DNA of 64,000 nucleotides from Proteromonas lacertae (Eukaryota): NCBI GenBank assembly GCA_002245135.1, contig NGBS01000592.1, positions 62,001 to 126,000 of the forward strand, read 5' to 3'. Shown piece by piece: positions 1 to 11,900 of this stretch (position 1 is its first letter; each line of letters starts with the position of its first letter). The notes under the pieces were generated by a model. It saw only the letters and a program-made list of their open reading frames with translations, ran no database searches and was not told where the DNA came from. The position numbers and the translations under genes were made by a program.

Positions 1-627
1 AGGTCCAATAACCAATAGATTTACTCTAACTCCAGAGTTCAAAATACACCCATATACATTACAACCAACAGAACAAATATCATTTAAAATACATTTTCAA
101 TTAGACTCAAAAGATCCAAATTCAATACTATATGAAAATTTTAGAGATAAAATAATGGGATTTACTAAGTACTACACATTCACAATACCTATAAATGCAT
201 ATAAAGTAGGAAGAGAAGGTGATGATATTTCATTCACACCAGCAATTGATACTTTGATTATAAAACCACCAGACCGATCATTATTCTCTATAGCAAGACC
301 TAAAACGTATTAAAATCCATTATTTCCTATTAATTCTATAGATCGATGAGTAGACCTCAAACATCCTCAGTAAATAGTGATTTGATATATAATCCACGAT
401 CTGATCCAGTCACAAATGATTCTTCATCCAGTTCAGCTGATCCCCCTGAGATATTGACATTAGATCACCTTCCAGAGCCAAATAAGGCTTCTAATACATC
501 AGAATTTATGTTTCCTGATGAGAATATCAATCCAAGAGATTATATATCAATGTTGAAGGATAAACATAAGAGAGATAACAAAGATATTTATAAAGTAGAA
601 GAAAAAGTCAAAAAAGATGATAAATAA
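1..627 (+). CDS. Hypothetical protein, 5'-partial; intron about 307-341; apparent frameshifts in the first 200 nt
   Basis: Open reading through ORF 346-627, preceded by a gtat...tag intron and coding-like sequence; no recognisable motif. Confidence 0.45.
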
Positions 628-652
628 GATTTAAGTTAGGTAAATAATTATT

Positions 653-1672
653 TTATTTGTAAAGTAATTTTCTATTTCTATCTATTATGTTATTATTATC
701 TGAAGATTTTGATTCACTCACATGTGAAGGTAATTTTTCATTTGTTTTACTTTCACTATTCTTAGATTCTTCGATATGAATTGGTCTTTTAATAATTTCT
801 TTATTCGACTTATTTTCTCCTTCATCTTTGTTAAATTTGCTTTCTTCTTTATTAGTCTTACTCTCTCCTTTATTGGATTTACTTTCCTCCACTTTATCTC
901 TATTATTACTCTTTGATTCTTCAATATAAAATGTTTTTCTAACAAATTCTTTATTACTTTTACTTTCTTCTTTATATCTATCTGTTTTACTCTCCTCCTT
1001 CTTATTGGATTTACTTTCTTCTTTGTTTGTTTTTGATTCTTCATTATTCCTTTTACTTTCAGACAATGCTTCTTTTCTTTTCATATCAATTTTACTTTCT
1101 TCCATTCTATCATTATTATTATCTCTTCTTCTATCTTCTTTACTTTCATTTTCATCTATTTTACTTTCATTGAAATTGTTATGATTATTGGGATTTATCA
1201 TTATTTCACCGTTATATGGAGTTGGTTGATATTCTTCATTTATATTATTTTCTGCTTCTTTCATTTCACTCAATTTCACATTATATGGTTCATTAATCTT
1301 TGATTCATTATTAGATGGATCAAAATGAGAAATTATGGTAGAGATGGGTATTTCTTCAAACGACCTTAGGCACAATTGTGAAGATATTGATGGATCAAAA
1401 TGAGCTTCATTTGAATCTACTACAAACAAAGCATTCAAAAATTTAGCGTAATGTACAGTGTTAGGTCTAAGAATGTACTTAAATCTAAACATTAATTGCC
1501 TTAGTTCTCCTTCTGTAATTGGAAAATCTAGATATTGAGCAACTTTTCTAAAATCACCATATGACAAAAATTTACAACCTAAAGGATCATATTGGTTAAA
1601 AACAGCGGATATATCTACACCAACCTTAATGAGGTAATTTAGTCTATTTCTAACTTTATTTATTCTATACAA
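653..1672 (-). CDS. EF-hand-like protein with a charged C-terminal EESK-repeat tail; 5' end uncertain
   Basis: FNQYDPLGCKFLSYGDFRKV...ITEGELRQLMFRF...VHYAKF resembles a degenerate EF-hand pair; many (E)ESK repeats. Confidence 0.6.
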   Translation of the reverse strand: MYRINKVRNRLNYLIKVGVDISAVFNQYDPLGCKFLSYGDFRKVAQYLDFPITEGELRQLMFRFKYILRPNTVHYAKFLNALFVVDSNEAHFDPSISSQLCLRSFEEIPISTIISHFDPSNNESKINEPYNVKLSEMKEAENNINEEYQPTPYNGEIMINPNNHNNFNESKIDENESKEDRRRDNNNDRMEESKIDMKRKEALSESKRNNEESKTNKEESKSNKKEESKTDRYKEESKSNKEFVRKTFYIEESKSNNRDKVEESKSNKGESKTNKEESKFNKDEGENKSNKEIIKRPIHIEESKNSESKTNEKLPSHVSESKSSDNNNIIDRNRKLLYK

Positions 1673-1855
1673 ATATAAAAAATCAGGAAATACACAACAT
1701 CCATAAAATAAACAGAAAAAGTAAATTTCTTCTGGAATTTACAACTGTCATGTCTATATAAGTAATTTGTGTCATTTCATATATCTCACCAAACTAATCG
1801 AATTCGATCATCCTTTTGTTATGTCAATCTTTTAATTACTTATTTATAATCGAAT

Positions 1856-3232
1856 ATGCCGAATAAAGCTCAAACATTCATTCATGGCAATAATGAAGGC
1901 GCGAAACGTTTTATAAAACCTACTATTCAGATGATGAAGAAGCAACCATTTAATAGTGCGATACGAGGTTCAAAGCCTTCAAACAAGGTTCTATTACGAA
2001 TGAAGAATAAGGTGATCCAGCGTCAAATCCAAGCAATTAAAGAGAAATCTCAATACACTACTCCCACAAAGAAACCATCACCGGTATCAGTAATCACATC
2101 TCCAGATACTCCGTTAAAAGAGTATTTATCCCCTGATGAAATAGATGAACCAATCACTAGAGAGATGATATTAACATATTTGTACAATGTCCTCTTCCCA
2201 GGCTCAATGAATGAACTTACAAATGAAGCTTTGCATAAAGATGAAATAAAAGAAATATTCTATATTTTAAGTTATTCATTTGAATATTTCTACGATTGGA
2301 ATGATTTAACAATAGATACATGTATAAATGAATTTATAAATAATCGTTTTATATTGAGAATACTGAGTGATATGAAATTTGAAACATCAATCGATTTATC
2401 TCCAAGGTTGAAGGTGCTTATAGCTATAGACAAACATATAGAGAATATGAGAATAACATTATTGAATAATTTCTACTTAATAACGTTGGATTATGTGGAA
2501 CAATCTTACAACAATGAAACTATTCAAAATGAATATGAAGGAAACGGCTATCAAAACGGATCGTTTTTATTATACATTGGATTATTCAGATATTATGTAA
2601 ATATCATTCGTCAGGAGATAGAAAACGAAGAAACTAAAATGATAAGACAAAATAATGATAATAGTCCTAACAACAACAATAATAATAATGTATATATCAA
2701 ACCAGTAGTTCCAATTATCAATGACATTTATAAGGACTATATCATGTTATTATTACGTCAATCCTATATATTCTTAAAGGGATACAATATAATAATTAAT
2801 AATTATAATATCTTCATTGATTCTATCAGAACTTTATGCAGAATACATCCATTTATTACACCTCGATTTTTAATGAAAATATACGATTATTGGCCTGTTT
2901 GGAATACACAGAAGGAACATTGCTTTATTGAAATATTGACATCTATTTTAACTATTTATTCTCGTCCTGTCACTTACCATGAACATTATCGAAATTCATT
3001 TAATAAAATATTTTATAAGATATCTATGGTTATTAAAGGTAATCATATTATTAATATATTACAATCGTTCAAATTATTGGATAATATTTTTATCCAATCA
3101 AATTGTTTGGAGGAAAATTGTGAAATTTGTGAAATGTTGAGAGAATCTTTATGTTTAGCGACAGATCATTGGGAACCGACAATTAGAAATAAAGCAACTG
3201 AATTGTTCAACAGATTCTTGGATTTGGCTTGA
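1856..3232 (+). CDS. Divergent PP2A regulatory subunit B56 (B')-like protein
   Basis: YDYWPVWNTQKEHCFIEIL and DHWEPTIRN match the B56 motifs KYWP.TNS.KE..F..EL and HW...I; intronless 458 aa ORF. Confidence 0.6.
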   Translation: MPNKAQTFIHGNNEGAKRFIKPTIQMMKKQPFNSAIRGSKPSNKVLLRMKNKVIQRQIQAIKEKSQYTTPTKKPSPVSVITSPDTPLKEYLSPDEIDEPITREMILTYLYNVLFPGSMNELTNEALHKDEIKEIFYILSYSFEYFYDWNDLTIDTCINEFINNRFILRILSDMKFETSIDLSPRLKVLIAIDKHIENMRITLLNNFYLITLDYVEQSYNNETIQNEYEGNGYQNGSFLLYIGLFRYYVNIIRQEIENEETKMIRQNNDNSPNNNNNNNVYIKPVVPIINDIYKDYIMLLLRQSYIFLKGYNIIINNYNIFIDSIRTLCRIHPFITPRFLMKIYDYWPVWNTQKEHCFIEILTSILTIYSRPVTYHEHYRNSFNKIFYKISMVIKGNHIINILQSFKLLDNIFIQSNCLEENCEICEMLRESLCLATDHWEPTIRNKATELFNRFLDLA

Positions 3233-3409
3233 TGAAAAGGAATTATGTCCAAAATCCACTCTTTTTTATATTATTATTTTTCTACACACACATACTATAA
3301 TTAAAAAAGAATATTTATGTTTATAAAATACATATTTCTGTTTAAATTGTTGATTATTGATTAAAAAACAATTTTATAAAAATAATAAAACAATGTTTAA
3401 GAAAACAAT

Positions 3410-3940
3410 TTATTGCATATTATTAGCAATACCAACAACACCAGCAACCACTCCATTTCCTGCATTTCCATTAATTAATGATAATTCGTGTCCTCCTTTG
3501 CCTAAATCATCCTCACCAGCATGAATTACTAAAGAACGACCAATTATAGAATATGGTCCTATCAATTTTACTAATTTGTCTTCTATATGAATTTGAGCAT
3601 ATCCATCAGCTCCAACTTCAATATTGCCTAAAGAACCTACATGTCTGTCTTCATCTTCTGGTGCTCCATGCTGTTTACCAAATGGATTGTAATGTCCTCC
3701 TATTTAAAAACATATAATTCAATTAAAAAAATACCAACACTTTGAAATCCGGCACTAAGATCACCAAATATATTAACACTAAGTCCATGTTTGCCTGGTG
3801 TTAATCCACCACATGTACCGTCAATAATTGTGGGATGATCTTCACTTATCTAAGATAATTGATAGAAATCCAAATACTTGTGTGAGATAGACTGTACCTT
3901 CTATTTTATCACCTTTAAATACGCAAACGGCTTTTGCCAT
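3410..3940 (-). CDS. Cu/Zn superoxide dismutase-fold protein lacking key catalytic residues; 3 exons (introns 3850-3877, 3700-3734)
   Basis: Manual splice: [17 protein letters not shown]...[51 protein letters not shown]...[42 protein letters not shown]. Confidence 0.9.
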
Positions 3941-4063
3941 TATAAAAATTCAACGAAATTGAAAAATGAGTGCTTGAGATAATCAAACTTGTTTTCATAC
4001 ACCACATTTGTTAAAATTCTTTTATATCACATCACAAACACAAATAAATGTTTTATTAATAAT

Positions 4064-4860
4064 TTAAAAATAACCATATCTACCTCTTCTCTTTGTTCTT
4101 CTAATAGGCTTTCGTTTATTATAATTAGATGAATTTTTATCAGGAAGAGTTACATTCTCATAATCTGATATTAACGATGTAGAAGGACAGATCTTTAACA
4201 ATTTCTTTACTTCTATTGCTGGAGGCTTTACACGTTGCTATTAATAAAAAAACAATGATAGAATTTTATATACAGCTCTTTTCTTCTTTCTTTCTTCAGA
4301 CCCTTGCAAATAATCCAACATTGATGATGGTTTGGGAAGATCATTGGATACAGTCTCAGTATTATGTGTTGGTATAATTATTCGTCTATCTTTATTACGA
4401 TTTATTTGATCATCTCTCAGTTTACAGAATTCTTTATATCCAGATGATTCTTCTATTGAACAATGATTTGGTAGTGCAGGTGGTGGTGGTATATTTGGAT
4501 CTTCAGCAAAGTGAGGAAAAGTGAGGATTATTGAAGGTTCTTTTTCATTTTCTTCTATTTATAATATAATAATTATTAAATAAATTGTGATACCTTTCGT
4601 TAGTTTGATATCTGAGATTTCATTTATAAAGCTTTCAACTTTTGTATCATCACAAAGTATATATGCTCTTCCAAATGTTGTTTCATATGTAACTTGACTA
4701 TTTTATATTTAAACAATTACTAACTATACTTTATTGTTCCTTGCGAAAAGTAATCTAATTTACAGCTATATTTCTCCAATACTGGTGTTATAGCTTCCAC
4801 ATACTCATTTTCACTTAAACTATATGGTAATTTTCTATGAGCAAGCCTTAATTGCACCAT
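4064..4860 (-). CDS. UPF3: UPF3/Smg-4-like nonsense-mediated decay factor (4 exons)
   Basis: Manual translation LRLAHRKLPYSLSENEY...DYFSQG...GRAYI...SIEESSGYKEF...SMLDYL follows the UPF3 RRM-like domain pattern. Confidence 0.6.
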
Positions 4861-4944
4861 AAAAAAGAAAAATAATAATTTGAGAAATAAATATCTGATC
4901 TTGAATCAAAAACGAATAATTATTCAAAATAATTTTTCAATAAA

Positions 4945-6216
4945 ATGATGTATAGCACGACACTCACGGTAATTGCTATAATTACAATATCTGCATTGAC
5001 TGTCTTATTTCTTTCAATATCTCCTGGTACTTTCATAACACCATATAACTACGATGTGCTAGTTGTAGGTGCAGGAATGTCAGGTGCTGTTGTGGCTGAT
5101 GTATTGTCATCTAAAGGATATAAGGTATTAGTTATAGATAAAAGAGATCATGTAGCTGGAAATTGTTATGATTTTGAGAATGAACATGGTATATTGATTC
5201 ATAAGTATGGTCCACATATTTTCCATACAAATGATGCAGATGTATGGAATTATATCACCAGTAAATCAAAGTGGAGACATTATGTCCATTTTGTGATGGC
5301 TTATGTGAATGGCACACCAGTCCCTTTCCCAGTAAATCGTGTAACATTAAACATGTTATTCAAAACAGACTTAAAAACAGAAGAAGATGTTGAAAACTTC
5401 TTAAAAGAAGAAAGTAAAGAATATGCAAATATTGAAGTAACAAATAGTGAAGAATTAATCTTAAAAACATTTGGTAAAAGAGTATACCAAGCTTTATATG
5501 AAAATTATAATAAAAAGATGTGGAAAATGCCAGCTTCTAAATTAGCAGCAGCTGTATCAGCAAGAATTCCTTGGAGAAAAACAATTATTAATAGATACTT
5601 TGATGATCGATTCCAAGCTATGCCTGATAAATCATACACAGAGTTCGTACAAAAATTATTGTACCACGATAATATTACCGTTATAACAAACATGCCAATG
5701 GAAAAATTAGACAGTCGTTATACATTTAAGAAAGTTTATTATACTGGTTTAATTGATGGTTTATGTGATTTTTCATTAGGTCAATTACCATATTTGAGTG
5801 TAAATATTACATGGGAGACAGTTCAAGATCCGTTGAAAGTGTTACCAGCACCTGTAGTGAATTATCCAAATGATAATACCTATCATAGAGTGTTTGAAGC
5901 AAAATGGATTAATCCAACTTTTTCAAATTATAGTACTTTAAGTTATGAAACTTCTACATTGACTGGTGAGCCTTATTATGCTATTCCAAACACTACAAAT
6001 CATAAAATGTATGAAAGATATAAAAATGCGTTTAGTAGTATGAAAAGAATGGTTATATTTGGAAGATTAGGTGATTATAAGTATTATAACATGGATAGTG
6101 CTATTGCTAGAGGTTTAGAAATAGGTAGAACTACTTATACTGATATTAATTCATTTGAACCTATTAATATTGATAAATTAAAAAGTGATATTAAAAGTAC
6201 ATGTAGTAGAGGTTAA
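4945..6216 (+). CDS. glf: UDP-galactopyranose mutase, prokaryotic type, with N-terminal hydrophobic anchor
   Basis: VVGAGMSG FAD motif, GNCYD, HKYGPHIFHTN, RYFDDRFQAMP, EPYY, GRLGDYKYYNMD; intronless. Confidence 0.92.
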   Translation: MMYSTTLTVIAIITISALTVLFLSISPGTFITPYNYDVLVVGAGMSGAVVADVLSSKGYKVLVIDKRDHVAGNCYDFENEHGILIHKYGPHIFHTNDADVWNYITSKSKWRHYVHFVMAYVNGTPVPFPVNRVTLNMLFKTDLKTEEDVENFLKEESKEYANIEVTNSEELILKTFGKRVYQALYENYNKKMWKMPASKLAAAVSARIPWRKTIINRYFDDRFQAMPDKSYTEFVQKLLYHDNITVITNMPMEKLDSRYTFKKVYYTGLIDGLCDFSLGQLPYLSVNITWETVQDPLKVLPAPVVNYPNDNTYHRVFEAKWINPTFSNYSTLSYETSTLTGEPYYAIPNTTNHKMYERYKNAFSSMKRMVIFGRLGDYKYYNMDSAIARGLEIGRTTYTDINSFEPINIDKLKSDIKSTCSRG

Positions 6217-6339
6217 TTAAAGATTTAGTTATTATGATTCTAAGTATATTGCTTTGTATGGGGAAATATTAAGTATTTTTTAAATATTGAAACGACTATA
6301 TTTTCAAATTCATTGAAGATTTTGATTAAAGAATTAGCT

Positions 6340-7506
6340 ATGAAGGCGATTGTTATTTTTGCTATCTACTTATCTTGTGTATTGGGATGTTACAAGTATT
6401 GTAATGGACATGGTAGTTGTGGTCCAAAAGACAAGTGTGAGTGTTATATGGGTTGGGGAGGTGCTGATTGTTCTTTAAGTATGATTTATGTATATAATAT
6501 TTAAATAGGATCATGTCCATATGGAGAAGCTTTAGTTGATATTCCTTTAGGTGATTTAAATCACGATGGAAGTGTAAACAGTGATTCTGTCAAAACTGAA
6601 TGGAGACCAAAGTATGGATTGAGTGAGAATTTGAAAGGATATGTAACAAAGAGCAGAGCTCACAGATATGCCGAATGTTCTAACAGTGGAAGTTGTGATA
6701 GAACAACCGGTGATTGTGTATGTTATAAGGGATATGAAGGAAGTGCTTGTCAACGTCGTAGTTGTCCTAGTAGTGTAGAAGGAGTAAGTTGTAGTGGAAA
6801 TGGTGTTTGTATGAGTAGTACAGCTTATGCCAAAGAACAAGGTAGTGCTTATTATGGTTGGGAATTAGATAAATTCTTTACTTGTAAATGTGATGCTGGA
6901 TATGAAGGTGTAGATTGTAGTTTAAGACAATGTCCAATGGGTTTAGATCCAGTAAAATACTCTGGTTCAACAATGACATATGAATCTAAAGATGATGGTG
7001 TTTCTACAACAAAAGATAGTTATTATTTGGAATTAGTATATGATGGAATTTCCTATCCAACTCCAGTAATTCCTTCAATACCAGATATGTGTAAAACTGG
7101 TAAATTAGATACAACCTTAGCAAATTCATATCAAGAAGTAATGAAAAGATCACTTCAATCAATTGCTCCATTAACACAAGCATCAGTTAAAATAGAATGT
7201 GATACTACCACTCCAACAGATGGTAAAATGAAATTCACAATAACAGTAGAATCATCAGAACCAAAGAAATTCTTATCCTCTACATTAACAGCAAAACCAA
7301 CAACTGGAAATGATCCATTTGGATTTAAAGCTCATATTTATAAAGGTGGTAAGAGTGATGGTAATGAAGATATAACTAATCCAGATGGTATAACAGAAAC
7401 TTTATGTGGTGGAAGAGGTTTATGTGATTCAAAGACTGGATTATGTAGTTGTTTCCAAGGATATTACGGATATGCTTGTGAAAACCAAAGAACTATTCAA
7501 TTGTAA
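6340..7506 (+). CDS. Secreted EGF/tenascin-repeat protein of the stramenopile tubular mastigoneme (Ocm1/Sig1-like) family; intron 6479-6508
   Basis: Signal peptide MKAIVIFAIYLSCVLG; CNGHGSC..., GDLNHDG, AHRYAECSNSGSCDRTTGDC, CPMGLDP, C-terminal CGGRGLCDSKTGLCSCFQGY. Confidence 0.8.
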
Positions 7507-7662
7507 ATTATCTAATGAATAATACTAATAATTTTAATAATAAGATCTTTTCCTTTTTATTTATTTTGATGTTGTGTTTGGTTTAATTATACAATAACAG
7601 AAAAAAACAAATAAAAAATTAAATAAAAATCTATCCGTTTCGAAAATGAAAAATTGAAGTTT

Positions 7663-8334
7663 ATGAGTGAAATAATATCTTTTGAAAATCAAAATACTCA
7701 TGAAATATGTAATGTTGTTATAGAAGAATATAATAATGAAGAATTTAGCAGTTATTTGTGGGATTCAAGTTTTCAACTCTCTAACTATATAGTTAATAAC
7801 AAATCATTATTTTTCGGTAAGAAGATCCTTGAATTAGGAAGTGGAGTAGGTTTATGTGGAATAATGAGCAGTCTATGTGGAAGTTTTGTTTATTTCAGTG
7901 ATAGAAGTGATGTGAAAGAGATAAAAGAGAAGATATTACATAATTGCGAATTAAATAATGTGAATGAAGAAGATTATGAAATTGTATAAAATCAAATAAC
8001 TTAAAAATAGATAAATTTAACTTGGAATTTATTTTCAAAAGAAACAGTAGAAAAATTAGTTAATTTGGATTATATTATTGGATCTGATTTGTTTTATGAA
8101 AGTCAAAGTATATAACTATGATATATGAAGAAAATAGACAATGATTCATTATTATCAACTGTATATTATCTTTTAAGTAGAAATGCAAAATGTGAATGTT
8201 TGTTTGTGATTAGAAATAGAAGATCAATGGATTCACTTGCTGTTTATTGTAATGAATGGAATTTAAAACTACATAGAATGAGTGGTGTTTTATCTGATGA
8301 ATACTTATATTCGATGATAAAAATAACTTTATAA
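7663..8334 (+). CDS. Seven-beta-strand protein methyltransferase, METTL23/METTL21 family (3 exons)
   Basis: YLWDSSFQL, LELGSGVGLCGI SAM motif I, IGSDLFY; short introns near 7984-8010 and 8108-8136. Confidence 0.8.
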
Positions 8335-8432
8335 TATTAATTTAACTCTTGATTTATGTTTTGTTGTGTTTTATTTGTTTCTGAAAATATAGTGGTTACG
8401 ATCTTGAAAGAAACATTTTTTTCTTGATATCT

Positions 8433-8703
8433 ATGATTAGTAAGCATGTTTACGCAGATCTTCCTCCTTTGACTGTTGATGGAGTATGTTATAATGCTAT
8501 TCATTTGTAGTTATTTCGTTCAGTAGTTGAATCAAAAGCTAACAATGCATTTATTCAATTAGAAGACAGATCTACAATTAGTGTGAAGGATTTTTATAAG
8601 AAGTGTAGAAAGTATTTAATTTGCATTACTTGTTATAGATATGGGAGATGTCTTCATGGAATTGGATTAGAAACAGGTGATAATATTTTAATTTGCTCAA
8701 ATA
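8433..8703 (+). pseudogene. Truncated 5' fragment of the long-chain acyl-CoA ligase (duplicate of 22181-24367)
   Basis: Matches the first exons of the minus-strand gene, then diverges abruptly at about 8703. Confidence 0.85.
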
Positions 8704-8940
8704 GCTTCACTATTTCTAAAAAAACAAAATGCAAATAGATTTAAAATTACAGATTTTTATTGGTTACACTTGGAGTTATTTGATTTGTTACACTTAAAGC
8801 AATTTGATTGGCTGATTCATTCAAATAGTAATTACTATTATCTAGAGAATTAGCTCTTTTTAAACCTTTGTTATACATCACTTTGAAGTATTAAAATATA
8901 TATAATATAATATTGGAATATAAATATATTGTAGTTATAA

Positions 8941-11900
8941 ATGATTGTTCAAAAAAGAAAAGCAGTTGATGTTTTACAGTCATCAACATCAAAATTGCTT
9001 TGTACTGACGAGAATGTAATTACAAAGTCTGGTGGTTATACCATTTTCAACGAAATGATGAGAAAAGGTGTTTATCACTTCAAATTTGAGATAAATAAAT
9101 TAGGAAATTATGTGTATTTTGGTTATTGTCATACTGTTAATAATGCTGATGAAGAAGACCCACATATCAAGTTAATGAAGAGTTCATCTGAAATAATTGA
9201 TGAAAATAATATCAAAATACCAAAAACAATAAAAGGAAAGGATAATACTACATATGAAGTAATTTATGATATGAAACAAATGACAATGTCAATTAGAGAA
9301 GGAAATGGTGAATTAATAAAAGTATGCAATATCGATTCTGCAATAATTTACCCATTTGTTAGAATATGTAATGAAAATTCTCAGATTAACTTTATAGGCA
9401 AATGGAAGTTACCATTCATTATTCAAAGATATAAATTTACAAAAACAAATGTATCAAATGATGAAGGTGTTTTAAATTATATATTCAAGAAAGAAAAACA
9501 TAACTTATATAAAGATAAACACAATGATAATATTAGTGATATAATTGACTATGTAGTTTGTAATGAAGTGTTTGAAGGTGATGATACAAGTGAAAATAAA
9601 ATACTATTAAATGAAATGGAAGAAGGAAAATATGTAGAAATGAAAGAAGGAATATATCATTTCTATTATGAAATGTTAAAAATTGGTGAAGGTATTAGCT
9701 TTGGTTATAAAAACACTCCAGTAGTTAGAATATGTAAATCAACCAAACCAGATAGTCAAACTATAGAAGGAAAAATAGGAGAAATATATGAAGTGATTTA
9801 TGATATGAATGAAAAGATAATGTGGATTAAACAAAATAATGGTGATAAAAGACAAATAGCACAAAACTTACCTAATGCAATAAAACCATATATTATTGTT
9901 GGTGGTAATAATTCTTCTGTTAGATTAATAGAATACTACAAAGAAAGAGATAATTACATATTATATGATAATATTGAATTGTGTGATTATGAAGTTAGTC
10001 TTGATGGTGGTAAAGTTGTTATAGATGGAATGGATGTTACAATAGGTGATGATGTGATATGCAAAATAAATATACCATATACAATATATGGTATTTATAA
10101 TTATAAGAGATATTATGTGATTGAATATCTTTCATATTTGCTAAATAACAACCTACCTTATAATTTCACCATTTTAAGTGATTTTATATTATCTATATTT
10201 AATTTAAAAGAAGAAGAATATGAATATGTGGATAAGAAAATAAATAAATTAATAGTATTATTGAAATACTTTCATGATGATGCAAACTTACTTGATTCTC
10301 CAGATAGTTTTGTAGAAGTAGTGAATAGCTTGAATGTTGATAAAAGTGATGAAAAAAAGAAGTATTTATCATTTTCATCATTAAAATCAATATTTCAGTT
10401 TCCCAAATATGCAGTATACTTAAGAGATGGTTATTATGAAATGTTTAAAAATATATGTAAATGTTTATCAGGAAATAAATCGCATGTAGTTGTAACTGGT
10501 CAACCAGGTATTGGCAAGACATCTTTTATATATGTGTTGTTATTCTTTATCAAGAATTTATATGAGAAAGAAGAATTGATAAAAGAAATAAAAAGTATTA
10601 AAGGAAAACTAAGTGTGTTAGGTTTAACAGATTTGAGTGAATTAGATTATGATAATATAGAACAAAATAAAGTAAAAGAAGAAATTCAAATACTAGAAGG
10701 TATAATACATAATGGTAATGAAAAGATGAGTGAATTTATAACAAGCATAATGGAGAAATATCTGCTACTGAAAAATGTTATTGAAGAGGATTATCAAAAC
10801 AATAGTGAATGTAAAGAATCAGAGGTAAATTCAATGTTTATTGCATATACTAATAATATAATTAGTAGTGTAAAAGATTGTTATAAATTAAATGAAGATC
10901 AAATGATTGATGAAAGTAAGTTTAACAATTTTACAATTGCATATAATACAAAAAGAATTCCATTAAATATAGTTGATAATATTAAAAAGTTACTACTAGA
11001 AACAAAAGAAAAGATTGATAATCTAACTAGTATTAAAGAATTGTTGATATTATTAACAGAAAATACGAAAGAACTATATACAATTAGAATATATACAGAT
11101 GAAATAAAAATCGATAATAATGTTTTAGATAATACATGGAGAAAGAGAGATAAAAATTTAAAAGACATTTACATAGTTAAAGGAAAAAGACATGGAACTT
11201 CAAATGAAAAGAAAATATATTTATTAAAGGATGGTGTTATTTTTAAAATGAAAATTCAATTAAAGGATATAAATAATTCCATAATTATAGTTGATACATT
11301 TAATGAAGAATTCAATAAAAGTAACAAAATCATCTCAATTAGTTCACCTGATCTTGATAATTATAGAAATTATGATGAAGGTAGTAAACAACTATATTTT
11401 GATTCCTTAAGTAAAGCAGAAATTAATGAGTGGTTTGAAAACTGTATTAGTTTTGATAAAGGTAATGATTTTGATGTAATATGCGAAAGATATGGATATA
11501 TACCTCGACAAATATATTACCATTATTTATATAATGAAAACTATGGTAAAGATTATTGGGAATATTATAAGCAATTGATGGAAAGTGTGATAGGTACAAT
11601 TGGTTATGAAGATTTTAGAAATGCATATAAAGAAAAGAAAAAATTACAGGAAAATGCCTTATCGAATATTATATTAAAATATAATTTACAAAGTACATTT
11701 GACAGTGATTTAGGATATAATATATTACAACCAGAAAAAGAATTAATATATATATCCAATTCAGTTAAAAATTATATTGAATGTAAATTCTATCCACCTA
11801 TGAATGATGATGAATGTGAAATATTGGAACTAAAATATAATGATGGAAGAATTGATAAATATACGAAAAAAATGGCATTAAAGCAAATCATAGCATATAA

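Larger units (their letters stand above)
6289..8703 (+). repeat. Left arm of inverted segmental duplication (partner about 24100-26523)
   Basis: Near-identical reverse complement, e.g. 8341-8700 vs 24100-24460; same three genes in mirrored order. Confidence 0.95.
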
